Shown here piece by piece: positions 27,141 to 41,400 of a DNA stretch of 64,000 nucleotides (position 1 is its first letter; each line of letters opens with the position of its first letter). This DNA is from Lama glama (lineage: Eukaryota), in contig CM052817.1 of NCBI GenBank assembly GCA_028534125.1, positions 64,110,001-64,174,000 of the forward strand, read 5' to 3'. The notes under the pieces were generated by a model. It was not told the DNA's origin. It did no database searches and worked only from the letters and a program-made list of their open reading frames with translations. The translations under genes were made by a program, and so were the position numbers.

Positions 27141-30029
27141 ACAGGAATGATCATGTCTGTGCCTCAAAAGCATACTCCTATATCACTAGCATTATTTCAA
27201 ACAGGTAAAGATACTAAACTAGTGAACCTAAAAGGCAGGCTAAGAATGTACTCACTAGTAAACGTCTGTGTCATACATTTGTGTTTTAAATTTATGGGAA
27301 GAATTTTGATATTTGATTCCTTTTCAATTTAGGCAAATTTAAAGATAGCCAGTAATGTTTCTAAAAATCACATTTTAATGAAAATGTTTACAAACTCCAT
27401 CCTGTTTACTCCTCATTTGGAGCATTATTCTTGCAAAATTCTGGTAAACTAAGAAATTCAATCATTTCCTTAACTCAGCAATGGTATAGTTTGGGGATTT
27501 TCGATAATATTTTTCATTTAGCTTTCTAAGACATCTGAATTTCACATGTGACTGGCATTCAGTGAAAACTTAATGGGCTTTTTGAAGATTCAAATCTAGG
27601 ATTCTATTCTCAGTTATAGCTTAGTATTGACTAAAAAGTCTCAGAATAGTTTTCTTGTCCCTGCATTTAAAATGAATCTAATTTATGTTGCTTATTGTTT
27701 TTAAATCCTTGCTTGGTATATGTTACACATTTTCAAATCTTATTATAATGAAGTATTTGTTTTTAGAGGTTAAAAAGTGGCATAATAGTGGAGTTTGAAG
27801 GGGAAAAAATGATGAATGTGATTAAAATAAATTTTATTGTGGCATCTTTGTAATGCCATCACTTTTTTCCAAGCTAGTAAGGACTTAAGTTATAATTGTT
27901 TTGACTTTAAACATCTATTCTGAACCACCTTTCTGTTCACTAAGAAAAAGCACATCAAAAATTATTATTTCTAGACAGTATAATCTTTCGGAGCTCAGCT
28001 TTCCAGCTTAGCTTGTAAAAAGAATTTTTATTTGCCATCAGTCTTTGTAGTTTCTAGTAATATTTACTTGGGAAAAATAAAGATAGTACCTGAATTATAT
28101 AGAAAGCTGAAGCAGCAAAATTCAACACATTAAAAAAAAAACCCTACACAGCATATAAGTAATCCTGTGTGCACAACATGGACAAAGTAGAAATTGAAGT
28201 TGTGTCAAGCAAAAAAGAAGTTCAGCAGTATTGTGCTCCTGCTCCCCCCTCCCCCCTTTTCCAGACTGGAATTTGACATCAACAGAGGCTAAGAGGCTTT
28301 CTTAAGGTCAAACTTTACAAAACTCCAAATTTAAAGACCTTGTTATAGTTATTTCATAAGTCATTACCTCAGTGATAATTAGTTTTTAAATATTAAAAGC
28401 TTCTACTTTACCTATTTGAAATTCTTAAGTTTAACATGTCAAATTTTAGGTAACAAAGAAATCTAATTCCTGCTCCAACTACCAGGACTAGTCCTAGGAT
28501 TTCATTGTTAAATGTTTTTTCCATTTGGGTTTGCATCTTTGGTATGTCTACAATTTGTTTACTCAAAGAAGAAAGTCTTACCTTCTGTTGGAAATAAATC
28601 TTCTCATTTTCTTTTCTTTAGCCTTAATTAGCTATATTGAATTTTAATTACAGTATGAGATACTGAAAGTGATTGGGAAAAAAATGCATCTAATACTAGG
28701 TCTGACAGTGAAGAGGGTGAAAAATTGAGGAAGATTGTATCTGATGTCATCTTTTTTTCTCTGTGAAGTAGGAAGCATGGTTTTTGTTAAGAGTACAGAA
28801 ATTGGAAAAGGGAGGGGCTTTAAAAGTTTTGACTATTTGGATGGGTCATGGTGGGTAGTGTGACAGGAATGTGTGAAAAGATGTGCAGCATAGTTTAAAG
28901 GCTTGTCTTTGCTTATAAGGCCTATAATTTTTACAAAGTTAAAGATTGTACAATTGGTTCATTCTTTGCTGTGGTTCTAATTATTGTTAGTTAAAGCACA
29001 TTTTCTCAAAGATTTGGAAATTTCTCACTATCAAAATGGATCTCAGTGAACGGATGTGTGACTCTTCATGAGTTTTGATATGGATATGAAAATTGTGTTA
29101 TTGTACTGTGCCTTTTTAATCTCTTAACCAGTTATATGTGTAATAGGTTTTGTCTAAAAACTTCTCTCTATTTAGCAGGCATTTTGGACAGCTGCTGTTT
29201 AATGTAGATTGGTCTTAGTATTTAAATTCATGGATACCCTAAAAAGATATTTGGGGGGTAAGATACCAAAGGACTTCCCAGAAATGAATCTTTAAAAAAG
29301 ATTCTTGATTGACACCAAGACAGTGTTATTGTCTTTTTGAACAAAATGGCAAAGGTATTTCAATATACCTTTTTTGTATTTAATGAGGGAACACTGAATT
29401 AGAATTCAGATTTCCCAAGTTTTAGTTCTGAATGCTAGTATTTAATTATCATGATTTCTTTAAGCAAAGTCTGAGTTGAAACATGAGAAAAAAGAAATAT
29501 GATTTAAAATTTATCTTCTTAATTTACTTATTATTTCTAAAGTACATTTACAGTAAAAGTCATTTGTATCTATCTGCTCAGTGCCGTAGCTTTAATTTTG
29601 GCTATTGGTAACCCTGGAAAACCTTTGTAGCTCTGTGCTGCATACCATCTTATTAATGCCAAACACTCTAGCACTTACTGTAATGTGTGTGTGCAGCCTG
29701 TGCAGAGCCAGCATCATTAATTAACAATTGCAGCTTGTTTGTGCAGGATGCTCTTACACAAAACACAGTGAAGCAGTGCACAAATCCATGACAGTGTAAC
29801 ATGTTAAAGATGAACTCTTTAAGTCACTAAAACTTCTTTGAAAACACAAAAGGTATTCATTCAGTAGTATCTCCACAACATGTAATTTTCTCATGTTTCT
29901 CAGTGTTAATTTTTAACAAAATTTAGATGAAAGCTTATTAGTGTGATCAGCTCCTGCAGTTTATTCCTCTTGTATAGATACAGTTTTCTAAGGTTCTACC
30001 TCATAATCATCACCACAGAAACCACTCCT

Positions 30030-31312
30030 GATGTCACAAAGGATTATTACTTCTGGTGGGAAATAAGTAGTTTGAGCAGATGGATGCATAAGGAATGAAG
30101 ATCTTATTATTACACAAACGATTAGAGGGTGAGAGGAAAATATATAAAGTATATATGTAGGCATAATTCTTTTAAAATAGGTTTCTAAAATTTGTATTTG
30201 CCACTGAGAATTTCTGAGAAGAAATATGAAAAAGGTGATATTTAAACTGCAAAAGTAGAAGGTAGCATGAAAATTGTAGACTTTTAGATTGTAAAAATAG
30301 ATTAGTATTAAAAAAATTAATTTTAGATAAAATTTGCTATTGCAGATTGTGGGCAACAGCATCCATCATCACGCTGCTTCCCCAAGTTTCCTCCTTAGTC
30401 ATGTCAAAGATTTAAGCCTTCTAAATTCTCTTTTTTGTTGAAAGCTGGCAATGATAAAAATGATATTTAAAAAATAATGTGTTTGCTGATATTTTTATAT
30501 AATGTTATTATATAACATCAGCATGAATATTAAAAAGTTCCAAATTGTGCCTATCCAGTCATATTATTACATAGGCTTGATAGTCATTTTCTACTAGCTA
30601 TTTGGCTCTTTTTCCATTTTTTTTCAAATTCTAGTATCTATGTATGCATCCATTTATCTCTCTTTCTCTCTCCCCATCCTTAATTTCAACTGTTACTTTT
30701 TCCCTGTAAATGCTGTATACTCTTGATACTAAATTAACTGTCATTGAGAGTACAGAAAAATCAACTATCAGCAAAGACCTGCTCCTGTATATTCTGGAAT
30801 AGGTTAAACCTCACTCATCAGATTTAAAAATCAAATAATATGCCAGTGGTAGTGAAGAGGTGAAGCCATAGGAACTCACACCTGCTGGAGGGAATGAACA
30901 CTGGCTTTGGACACCTGTTTATCATTATCTAAAAAAGTGGAAGATGTACAGATTCTATGAACCAACAGTATCATTTATGTGCTATAAATAATAGCCCAAA
31001 CCTAAAAACAACCCAAGTAATAGCAAAAGGATAGACAAATAATTATGACGTGTTCACACAAGGAATATTAGACAGCATTTTAAACATCACCTTTTTCATA
31101 TTTCTTCTCAGAAATTCTCAGTGGCAAATACAAATTTTAGAAACCTATTTTAAAAGAATTATGCTTACCTATTTAAAAAATATATAAAATATATTTATAT
31201 ATTTTCCTCTCACCCTTTAATTATTTGTATAATAATAAGACCTTCATTCCTTATGCATCCATCTGCTCAAACTACTTATTTCCCACCAGAAGTAATAATC
31301 CTTTGTGACATC
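30030..31312. repeat. Long inverted repeat: arms 30030-30250 and 31075-31312, spacer about 824 bp
   Basis: The arms are reverse complements with about 7 substitutions outside one AT-rich patch carrying a net 17-nt indel (aligned by eye). Confidence 0.95.
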
Positions 31313-32957
31313 TGCTTCCTGCTCTTGGCTATTGAAGAGTAATGTCTCATTAGATTTAAAGTTCTGCTCTTAGTGTGAAAAAAGATCATACTTGTACTGG
31401 AAACTACTTTTTGTGACAGGCCATCATTAAAGAATGTATGTAGCAGGGCTTAAAGAGTTGGTGGGGCTGCACTTTCTCCAGTGGTTGCATACCTCATAAT
31501 TATGAAAAATAAAGGTATAAATTATATTTCTAGAGGGACAACTCAGTGTTCTTTACAAGTTAGAAGTTACTTATTATGAGAAGTGTTAAAAATGAGCCTA
31601 CATTTAGAGGTATGAAAGTTTAGGATAAGGAACCTTTTAGAAATTATTTTTAAGTAAACAGTGTCATTTTACTATCATAAACATAAAGCTATAAAGAGCT
31701 ACCTTTACTATGGAAAAAAATTTCATATGGACTTGTGCATTAACAGATATTCTAATATGTATTTTAAATAATTTGTAAGATGCCTTTAAAAACTTACTGG
31801 TTTTAGTAGAGTAAAAGAACACAGCATCATTTATTTCTTTGCATCTTCAGATTATTTAAAATATTTTAATAAAATTCTCTTCAACTCAGGTCTATTGCTA
31901 TATGTGCTTTGCTTTTCTTCTCAGATTCGGTAATAATGTAATTTCCAATGTAGAGATTGAGTTTATGCTCAGCAGCCAACTCTTGGTAACACATAGCATT
32001 GTGGTAGACAGTCCAAACAGGGCAGGGCAGGAGGGGGGAACAGAAGAAAGAAAGGAAGCAAAGGAAGGGAAGAAAAATACTGTGGCTCTGAAACACAAAT
32101 AGGTAATTTGCCTTTCAATTTTAGTTATGTTCTTATTTATTGCATTAATAGATTTGGTGAAAAAAGTTTTTGAGTAAGTTTTTATTAAATTTATTGAATT
32201 GATTTTTTGAATATTGAATAGCTGAGTGTTGACAGGAAACCAACTTAGCTTTCTAAGCATACACAATTTATATTTTAAAGGCCTGTATTTACTCAGCAGT
32301 TAGAATAAGAAACTATTTCAACTTTACAATTTAGGGATGGAATATACTATAAATGTATAGTATTGAAGGTCTGAACATTCAGATTTGTAATCCCAATATT
32401 TAGTTTTCTCTGACATCATCCGCATGCAAATTGCCAACAATTTACATTTATGTTATTGGAAAAGAAAACCTTAGAAATCAGGTTTTTAAATGAGATCTGA
32501 CCAGTGTACTTGCTGGCTCATTTGACTAGCTACCTGGACTTAAGAATTTTCTGTCATCTCATTAGCTATTTAGCATAGGGTCCTTTTCTGCATCTATGTA
32601 ACAGTATAAAAAAGCTAAGTGGACATGGAGCAAAACTTCAGTGAACAAAACTATTTTGTTTCATTTTAGTACGAATTTCCTTAAAATTTTTCAAAATTAC
32701 GAAGCTCGTATTTATAAGGCCTTGCTACATAAGTGGTGTGTGTGGGGGTGTGTGTGTGTGTGTATCTATCACAAGAAATGATGTCTGTTGCTAATATGAT
32801 GTCATTTGCTAATATGATTTGGCAACAATGATAAGGATAGGACCTTAGTTTCACTTCTTTTATTAGGAAAATGAAAATCTTTCATTACTAACTAACTGCA
32901 TGGCTGTAATTCCTTTGTCAGCCATTTCTTTTACTGACCCTTTTGTTAGGCTTCTGT

Positions 32958-33268
32958 AGCTGCACTGTCCAGTATGGCAGCCACTAGCCAGATTTGGCTG
33001 TTGAGCAGCTGAGTGTGGCTAGTCCAAACAGACATGTAACTTGGAATTCAAAGATTGATTAAAAAGAAGGGAATGTAGAATATTTCATTAATAGTTTGTA
33101 TATTGATAGTGTGTTGGGATGATCATATTTTTGTTTTATTGGGCTGAGTAAAATACATTACTAAAGTTAATTTATTACCTTTTTAATGTTTTTAATGTGG
33201 CTACTAGTAAATTTAAATTACATATATGGCTCACATTTGTGGCTCTCATATTTCTTTTGGACAGCACT
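32958..33268. mobile_element. MER33/MER3-like hAT-Charlie element
   Basis: Terminal inverted repeats gcactgtcca / tggacagcac; internal tatggcagccactagcca...gtggctagtccaaa...aatgtggctactag...cacatttgtggctc. Confidence 0.8.
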
Positions 33269-34081
33269 CGTACTTTTATGTAAGGAAGTCAGATTTAGAA
33301 AGATAATATTCTTTCTTTCATCTCTTTCCAGTCCTATATCTAAGGGTTAGAAAGTATTTTCAAGCTATTTATATGTTGCAGCAGTTAAATGACATCTGTT
33401 CTATGTAATGTAGATGTATATGTAACAGAAAGTATGTTTGACTATCATTTGACCACTGGTTGTGATGTTGAAGTGTATTGATGTACTCTTGAATGGAGAG
33501 GATAAGGAGAGAGAAAACACAAACTACTCAGAATTGAAAAAGAAGAACATTATGGACTATAGGAAATACCGTTAAAGAGACCCTAGTACTAATCTTTAGG
33601 AATTACACATTGTGACCAAGAATTATACTGTCCTGCAGATGCTTGTCTTTGATAATAGTTGACTTTGAAACCATTGACAGAATGATATATTTACTTGCTT
33701 CAAACTGAGAAAATTCCAATAGAATATTAGTTCCTATTTTTTTCTCTTACACAGAGTTGTCATTTGTGAAAGAGAAGGCAAAAAATTTCATGTCATAGTC
33801 ATAAACTTTAGGACACAGAGAAGTTCTTTAAGCTTCTATTTGATACCAATGAGAATAATCTTTTTTCTCCTAAAAAATGATTGTCTCTTTTCCCCATCCC
33901 ACCCCCATTACCATGTTTGTTTTGTTTTGTTTTGTTTTTTCCAAAAAGACATTTAATGCCCTGCTTAGATTTATTTTCTACTTACTCACTAAATAAGAAA
34001 TAATTCTGTTATGTTTTGTATTGAAATTGTAAGGTACATTTCTTTTTTCTTTTATTTTTAATTTAACTCTTTGTTTTACAG

Positions 34082-34228
34082 ATGAGGGCAGAAGTGCAGT
34101 TGACCAAGCAGGTGGTGCACAGATTGTAATTGACCATTTAAGGTCACTGTGCAGTATAACAGATCCCGCCAATGAGAAGCTCTTGACTGTCTTTTGTGGC
34201 ATGCTGATGAACTATAGCAATGAGAATG
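34082..34228 (+). CDS. RAP1GDS1: RAP1GDS1 exon 5 equivalent, 147 nt cassette exon (in SmgGDS-607, skipped in SmgGDS-558)
   Basis: Long T-rich tract then tttacag|AT, donor AATG|gtaaac. Encodes (H)EGRSAVDQAGGAQIVIDHLRSLCSITDPANEKLLTVFCGMLMNYSNEN. 49 codons equals the 607-558 difference. Confidence 0.97.
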
Positions 34229-35119
34229 GTAAACAAAATTGAAAACTTGCTTTATCTCTGGGGGAAAAATTAAAAATCATCATTATAATAGTACAAAAAA
34301 TTTGGAAAAATTATGAACAAAGCATTCATAAGTAGCATATAAAATTAGTAGTTAGCCAACATTAAATTACAATGTTTCAAAAATACAAAATGGTCTAATT
34401 TAAATGGAACTAATTGTTGAAAGATTGTCCATGTTAATACCAAAAACAAGAAACAACATAATGTTATGGTCTAAGATTTCTTGCTACGAATATTTTTAAA
34501 ATAAACAATGTTAAAATATCTTATGTTTATTACTTTCTATTAATACCAGGGGCAGCTTTAAAACATAAATACTGTCTATATTATTAAAATTATTTTATCT
34601 AGATACTAGTTTTACTTGTAACAATAAAAAATTTTAATGAAATCTGGCCTTAGAAAAATAAAGTTCAAAGCAATTGCAGATACCTGATTTTAGAATTTTA
34701 ATAAATACATGTAACAGAAGTTTCTTTTTTCTGTAAAACATTCTTAGAGCCCAGCAACAAATGACATGTCAATTTCAGATAGTCTATATGGTTGTTAATT
34801 AAATGAACATAAAAACAGTGATCTGAAGACTTCACTGTACTTTTAAATGTCACAAAAAATTCATCCATTTATCATCTTATATGAATTACTGAATGGTTCA
34901 AACACTCAAATTCTGGTAGGTTCCTAGAATGTAACATTAATGAGGTCTTTCTGTGGTTTGTTTCATAATGGCATTTTAAGTTATGATCTTTGACAGAGAT
35001 AACTTTATTTGTATACTGAACATGTAATAGTATTGTTCATGTATTCTAGAAACACATGGCCCTTTAGGTATATTTTTATTTTTTCATGAGTCCAAAGAAA
35101 TTATTCTCAATAGTTAAAA

Positions 35120-35448
35120 ATAAGTAAATAAATATTGGTGACAAATGGCTACTGGCATTTGGCCTTGGTGTTAGTTACTGTAACAGCAGATGGTAGGGAC
35201 TTTAGCCCTGCCCCATTGAAAGGGGAGAGCTGCTACTCTCCTCTAGCCAGTTGTTTCTGTGTGGCAATTTGGCCAAATACTGCCAGATCTTTAACTTTGG
35301 GGATAGGAGGAAGCTAGAAATCTAGCTTTTCATGTGACATCTGTTTTTTAAATGTTTGATTACATTTGCTTTTTTAGCACTGTAAAAGCTAGACAGAATG
35401 TGTACTCAGGTCACATCCTTTCCAAGAAATACCAGTTTTAAACCTCTG
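35120..35448. mobile_element. MER102-like hAT element
   Basis: aaagggg.agctgctactc..ctctagcc...tgccagatctt...gaagctagaaatc...tttttaaatgtt...ccagttttaaacctctg resembles the recalled consensus. Confidence 0.55.
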
Positions 35449-38400
35449 AATTAAAATTATCAGTTATAATAATAAAAAAAGTATTCTTATTTATCAAATG
35501 GCTTACCTGTTAAACTTGAGCAAATAACAAATGGTAGTTTTTATAGGATCAGTTACCTTTATTTTTCTTGCCCTCTGGTGGAATCATTTTTGAAGAGAAT
35601 GTGTCCTAAATATAAATAGGAGGAACAGAAACACAATATCTGGGTAACCTACAAAATGAATAGCTAGTTCCTAAATAATTGAAACTTGATCATGATATAT
35701 GGGTATTTGAATTGCATTCAGAAATCATTGGCCAGTTGTTCATGTCACTTCCTTTCCCTTCAGCTACATTTTGGTTTGGACACCTGAGAAAGTGGGACAA
35801 GAGTTGAGTGGGAAGAAGGTTTAGAAAGATAAATGAAAGAAACTAGTCATGCAGTTATTGTAGCAGCTCTGGATATAAAAGAATTAGTCTCGTTATGCAT
35901 CTAAACCATTTCTTTATCCTTTGAGGAAGCTGTTGTTCAAAAATCGGTACAAAAACATATCAAATGGCAAAATGGTCTTCAAAACCATTACTAATTCTAA
36001 TCCAAAAGAGATTGTGATTGAGTCTCTATAATAGGATATCACACTGTGTAGGGAAGTGTTCTGAGAAGGTAATGTTAACAATGTGCAGAGTGCACAGTCT
36101 AAATGCATAATACATTTCTTTTGTAAGATTAGGTTTTTCCCCTGGTGTGCAAGTATTCACAAGAAATAACTTAGATACTTTGGAAAGCTTTATTAACTTT
36201 TCTCAGAACATTATTGGAGCAGTGGTCGTTTTGTTCCATTATTCTAAAAGCTGCAATTTAATACAGCTTTCAAAACTTTTTAGATAAAATAGAAGTAAAG
36301 TTATGTTTAGTATTTTAAGGAAGAAATGCCAAACTTGTAACTATCTTCTTTCCTTTGCTTCCGTTTATGTTTGTCTATCATGGGGATCATAGTTTGTGAA
36401 GTGGTTCTTTTTGTCCATGATGCTCTTTGACTTAAATTGTACCCTCTTTTGTTTTGCATAATTATTAAGTATCTTTGTTGTTGTGTCGGTTATTTACTTA
36501 CTCTTTTCTTTAAAATAAGTGTTTACAGACTTTCCAACTTAATTTTAGATCTCCTTGGCTAACTTCAGATATTTGGTATTGATCCTATCCACCCAGATGA
36601 GTCACTGAAGACAAGAAAACAGCAGAGCTTTTGAAACTCAGGAGGCACTTTTTGTTAGCACTGATAAATGAAAATTCCTTTTCATGTGTATTTACTATTG
36701 AATTTCAATATACAGGTCTCTGCTAGTTTCTGAGTAGAGCAGTTGAGTGATAACTACCTCCCTGTTACTCTAGCCAAGAAATTAACTCTCCCCTTGGGCC
36801 CAGTAGCTTAAGCCTCATTCATAGTTAAGGGATTACTTTATAGCTTCATAGATAAAATTTTTTTAAATATAAAGATAAGAAAGTACTGAAAATGGTCACC
36901 AAGACTCACCAACATGGTTTCTCTAGTAAGAACTTTTGCACATTGTTTATTAGTCCTAAAAGTGGATTGACACCAGACTGAGACTAAGGATACCTTGATT
37001 CCTGTCCATATAATGGAAAACTCTGAGCATATCCAATTTTGAATCCATTAAATAAGAAATCTGGTTTCCTAAACAGAAGCAAGACAGGTATATAATGAAA
37101 ACACTTACTCAGTAAAGGCATATTTCTATCCTTTGATAAAACTATATAAAACTCAAGGTTCATGAGTTTTGAAATTTTAAAACCAGCTCAGAATTTTTAA
37201 GCTGTGAGCTGGGTATATTCTTTTGTTTCCCCATTGGTAAAGCAATTAAAACTTTTTACACTCAGACAAGTAAGAGTGGAATATTTGAATAGAAATAGTT
37301 ATAATTGCTTAACTAGAGAAGTTGTATCAATTATATTGCTAAATAAAATCATGTTTAAATAGAATAAGATAAAACTTTTTGTTTAGTAAAGGTCATTGCA
37401 TATTTATCCTTTTGGGGAAAATCATACCTGTTTTTCCCATGGGAAAAGAGAACTCTTCAGTTCTGTGGCCCTCCAAAATAGTCCAAGTATTTGACAGTTG
37501 TGGTTAGAGAAAAGTGTGTTGACAGTTTGACATTCAGTTTGAGGAAATGTGAAGTTCCTGTATTTTTTTTATGTAGTTACTACTTTAAAGTTTTAGTTAT
37601 TCTGTAAACAAGGAACTCAAACATTACTGTAGATGTTTTTATCTCATTAGTTTCTTGGGTATTCTTTTTCCTAGCTTTGGTTACCCAGTGCCAAAACATT
37701 GCAATGAAGACTGAAAATTTTGTTCAGATATTCAACTGTTTTCAAATATAACACCATTTTAGCATATAATAGGAGTTTGGAAAATATTAATTGATTGACT
37801 TTTCTGGATGCTTAGTATTGTCTAAAAATGTTTTATTAACAAAATCTATACTTGGAAGAAAAATATGTTCCTGGAATGCATTTTCTTCATTAAACAAGTT
37901 AGAAGCATTATAAACTCTTGCCCTCTGTATTAGTTTATATTTGCTGTTCACATACATGGTGATAGGAGAAAGTGGTATTGAAAACACAATGATAGTAATA
38001 GTACCAAATCTGTGGTTAAAAATTTACCATAGGTAATCTACAGACTTGATAAATCTGTGTATGTATACTTGTAAGTTGATTGCAGTTTGAATAGAAACAA
38101 ACCAGTAATCTAAAGTAAAGCACTGGAATAATTTAATACCTTGTTGAGGAATCTATTGATGGTCACCATTTTTACTATATTATAAGTAACCATGATTAAT
38201 CAGTATGTATCTCCTGGAAAACTCTGTAATTGAGAGTTTAATTCTTTCTTAATATACCTGTGCTAGAAGCAGAAAATACAGGGGAAAATCTATTATAATG
38301 CTAAAGAAAATTATTAATGAATGATGATAAGCATTAAAGCAGGCTAAAATTACTTGTTTTACGTAAGCTATGCCATGAGGGGAAAAAGTGAAGGAAACAG

Positions 38401-41400
38401 AAATGCCATCAGGAAAGGAAAAATTCATTTCCTTCTAAAATAACTAATGTAATATACACAGTCTATGGCTGGTTTCTTCATGTGACCTATGTAATATATA
38501 CATATATTTGTATATGTATATATGATTTTTATAGAGCTGATTCTTCTGTGATATTTTAATACCTCCTTGTTATTGAAAGACTAATTTCTCTCTTTTTTGT
38601 GGTTCCTGAAATCTCTCTGGGATACTCTCATGATAATTCTTACCTTTGTGGCCTCATGGACCTATGCTAACTAAACTATGGTTGAAGGAAGTCCATCTGT
38701 GCTACTTAGGAAGTGCAACACACAGAGCATGTTATTGGAGCATAACAATTGAATTTAAGTATTAAGCCAAGTACTTAAATTCAGTTGTTTAAAAAAAGCC
38801 TGTAAAATATTTTCTCTAATTTAAAGGTCACTTAGTATGCAATTCGTTTTAGCTGCTACTTTCATTTCAACCATGGCAACAGTTTCACAATTCTCATAAT
38901 ACTGTTCATTTTCCCAGCTAACTCAGCCCAATGACTTGGCTTACTTGAATTTTCTTTATACTTAAAATAGGAATAGTAGAAATTAATAAGGAATAATCCT
39001 GATTAAAAACTAAAAAAGCATTTTGGCCTGAGCTACTTGTTTATGTGTTGGCATTACTTTATTATAGGTAAGGAAAAAATACTTCCTAGATGTGGAATGT
39101 GTAGAAAATGATTAGGTTTGCATGAGTGAAGAACTATTTCCAAAGTTGACTTACTCTGAGTATAAGCTAATTAATAATTCCATATATTTCCTAAATACTA
39201 AAAGCTTTTCCCGTAACTTTAGGGGAGAAAACAAAACAAAATTAAAAATGTAAAATTATATCTTTGCAATTTATTGTCTTTTTTCAGTAATAATATTAAT
39301 TTTCCTACATAGTATTTTCATTGTATTTTCTGTTCATTTTTCTGTTTATAAAGGCATAGAAGATGTACTTTTACGATTGTATCTTTTGAAGCCTGGTTTG
39401 TCAAATTAAAGTACTCTATAGTATGTCGAACAAAGTGTGTTGAAGATTTATTGTGCCACTGAAAAGCTTTTAGGCTTTAAAAAAAATAACATTGGAATTC
39501 TTTATTTATTAACTGTTGTTCTCTTTGTAAAAAATTTCTGAATTTTTACTGCTTGTCCAGCAGAGCTTTGTAATCAGTCTGAAGCAGGTTGCATTCATGA
39601 AGTTCTGCTACAAATGTCATTTTAAACAAATTGTTTTACTGATGAACAGAGCAGTTAATTATTCTTGTGCCTCCTGCTAATTCTGCCTATGAAATTTGAC
39701 CAATTATTGAGGTTAGCTTTTCATCATAATCCTTCTAAACAATTACTATAATAATGCTGTTATTTAATGGACAGGCTAAGAACTTGGTTTTTAGTAGAGG
39801 TGTACCAAATGCACATTTTGGTTTAATTCCATATGGTCCAGTATTGGCATTGATATTCAGCTTTGGCCATTATGGAATGAACTTCTGAATCCAAGAATCA
39901 GAAATTTTATCACACACAAAAAATGGAATTGTTCTTACAGTTTTTTTGTCAATGATTTAAACTTTGGCAGTATAATACAAAAATAATACTTTTTGCAGCA
40001 TTTTCAGCTTTTAGATTGCTTTTATAATAGTGCATTTAGCATTGTGATACTAAATAGATAACAAATTTTAACTGCAGGCAGTGGAGTAACAAAGTATGTT
40101 TGGGGTTCCTCATTCTCTAACATGTTTTTCTTTATTTGCTTTATGTCTGGATTGACGGTAACTATCATAGATGTTATTGAATATTATTTTTGAGATTTTC
40201 CTTATAGTGAAAATTTGAGGTGGCAGAGTTGGCTTTCTGATTTTAACTCATCCTCACAAGATGTAAAGAATTCTTAAATTGGACTTTTTGTTGAACCAGT
40301 CATGGCCTGAATGGAATGAAATAACTAAAAATCAACAACAGCTTCTAACATGTATTTTATTTTTTTATTGTAAATTCTAAAGAGAATAGATAATCTAATC
40401 TCTATTATTCTGCCTTGATTTAATTTTTACATTTGTATAGCTTTCATCATTAGTTATTGCCACATTTTAATATTGCAATATAAATATTCATTTATATTTC
40501 AGCTGATATAATTTCAACATATGAAACACATCAGGAGACTTTGTACGTGGAATGCTTACCTATATTTGAAAATGAATATTTATATAGTGACAGTAAAACT
40601 GAAAGACCAGGCCTTGTTTTTATTATTGATGTTACTATAACAGTTGAAATATGATGATATCAAACACCTGATTATTGCCTATGCACAAGTTTGTAGGTAC
40701 CAGAAATGACATTGAAGTGAGCAATCAGGTGTTGTTTGGCCTTTAAGAGCTGAGACCAAAGCCATAGATAAATAATGGGTTTTGGACAAATACCAATGCA
40801 TCTTTAATTTAGGTCACTTAAAATATTCATTCAGAGAGAAATTCAGGGCAGAAAACTATGATGTGTAATCAACTTGTATAAAAATTAGTAACCCAGTTTT
40901 CTAACTTCCAGTAAAATTCTGTTAACAAACTGCCTATATTTTATTTACTGAAAAAAATTTTAATTAAATAATGTTTTAAGAATTGTTACTGGCTAGAAGT
41001 CAGAAATCTTTGGGTTATGTAGATATTTCCTGTTAACACAGTCTGTGTGTTGCAAATAACTTCCATGTAATTATAAAGTATAAAAACTTAATCATAGAAA
41101 TGTTCCCAGGTAACTAGTAATGCTTATTTTTGGTTTTGTGGGGTTTTTTGGTTGTTGTTAAAGCCAGTAAATCCTTTTGCAAAGCAAAAAATTTTTATGC
41201 TTTTAAACACATGTTTGTAAGATAGACATGTTGTCATGTAAATTAACCTGGTATTTAGCTTAATTTGCTATACAAAAATATAGGCCTTAAATTTATACTT
41301 AGATGTATATGTAGATGTGGCCTTTCTCTCAGCAATGGCGCATGACTGGGTTTATTTCTCCCAATAAGAGCTACTTAAGCAACAGCTGGCAGTAGTTCTC

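Noticed and set aside
33978..34202. Minus-strand ORFs overlapping exons (also 60380-60592 and 61686-61898)
   Set aside because: Antisense shadows of real coding exons, with no independent homology or splice signals.
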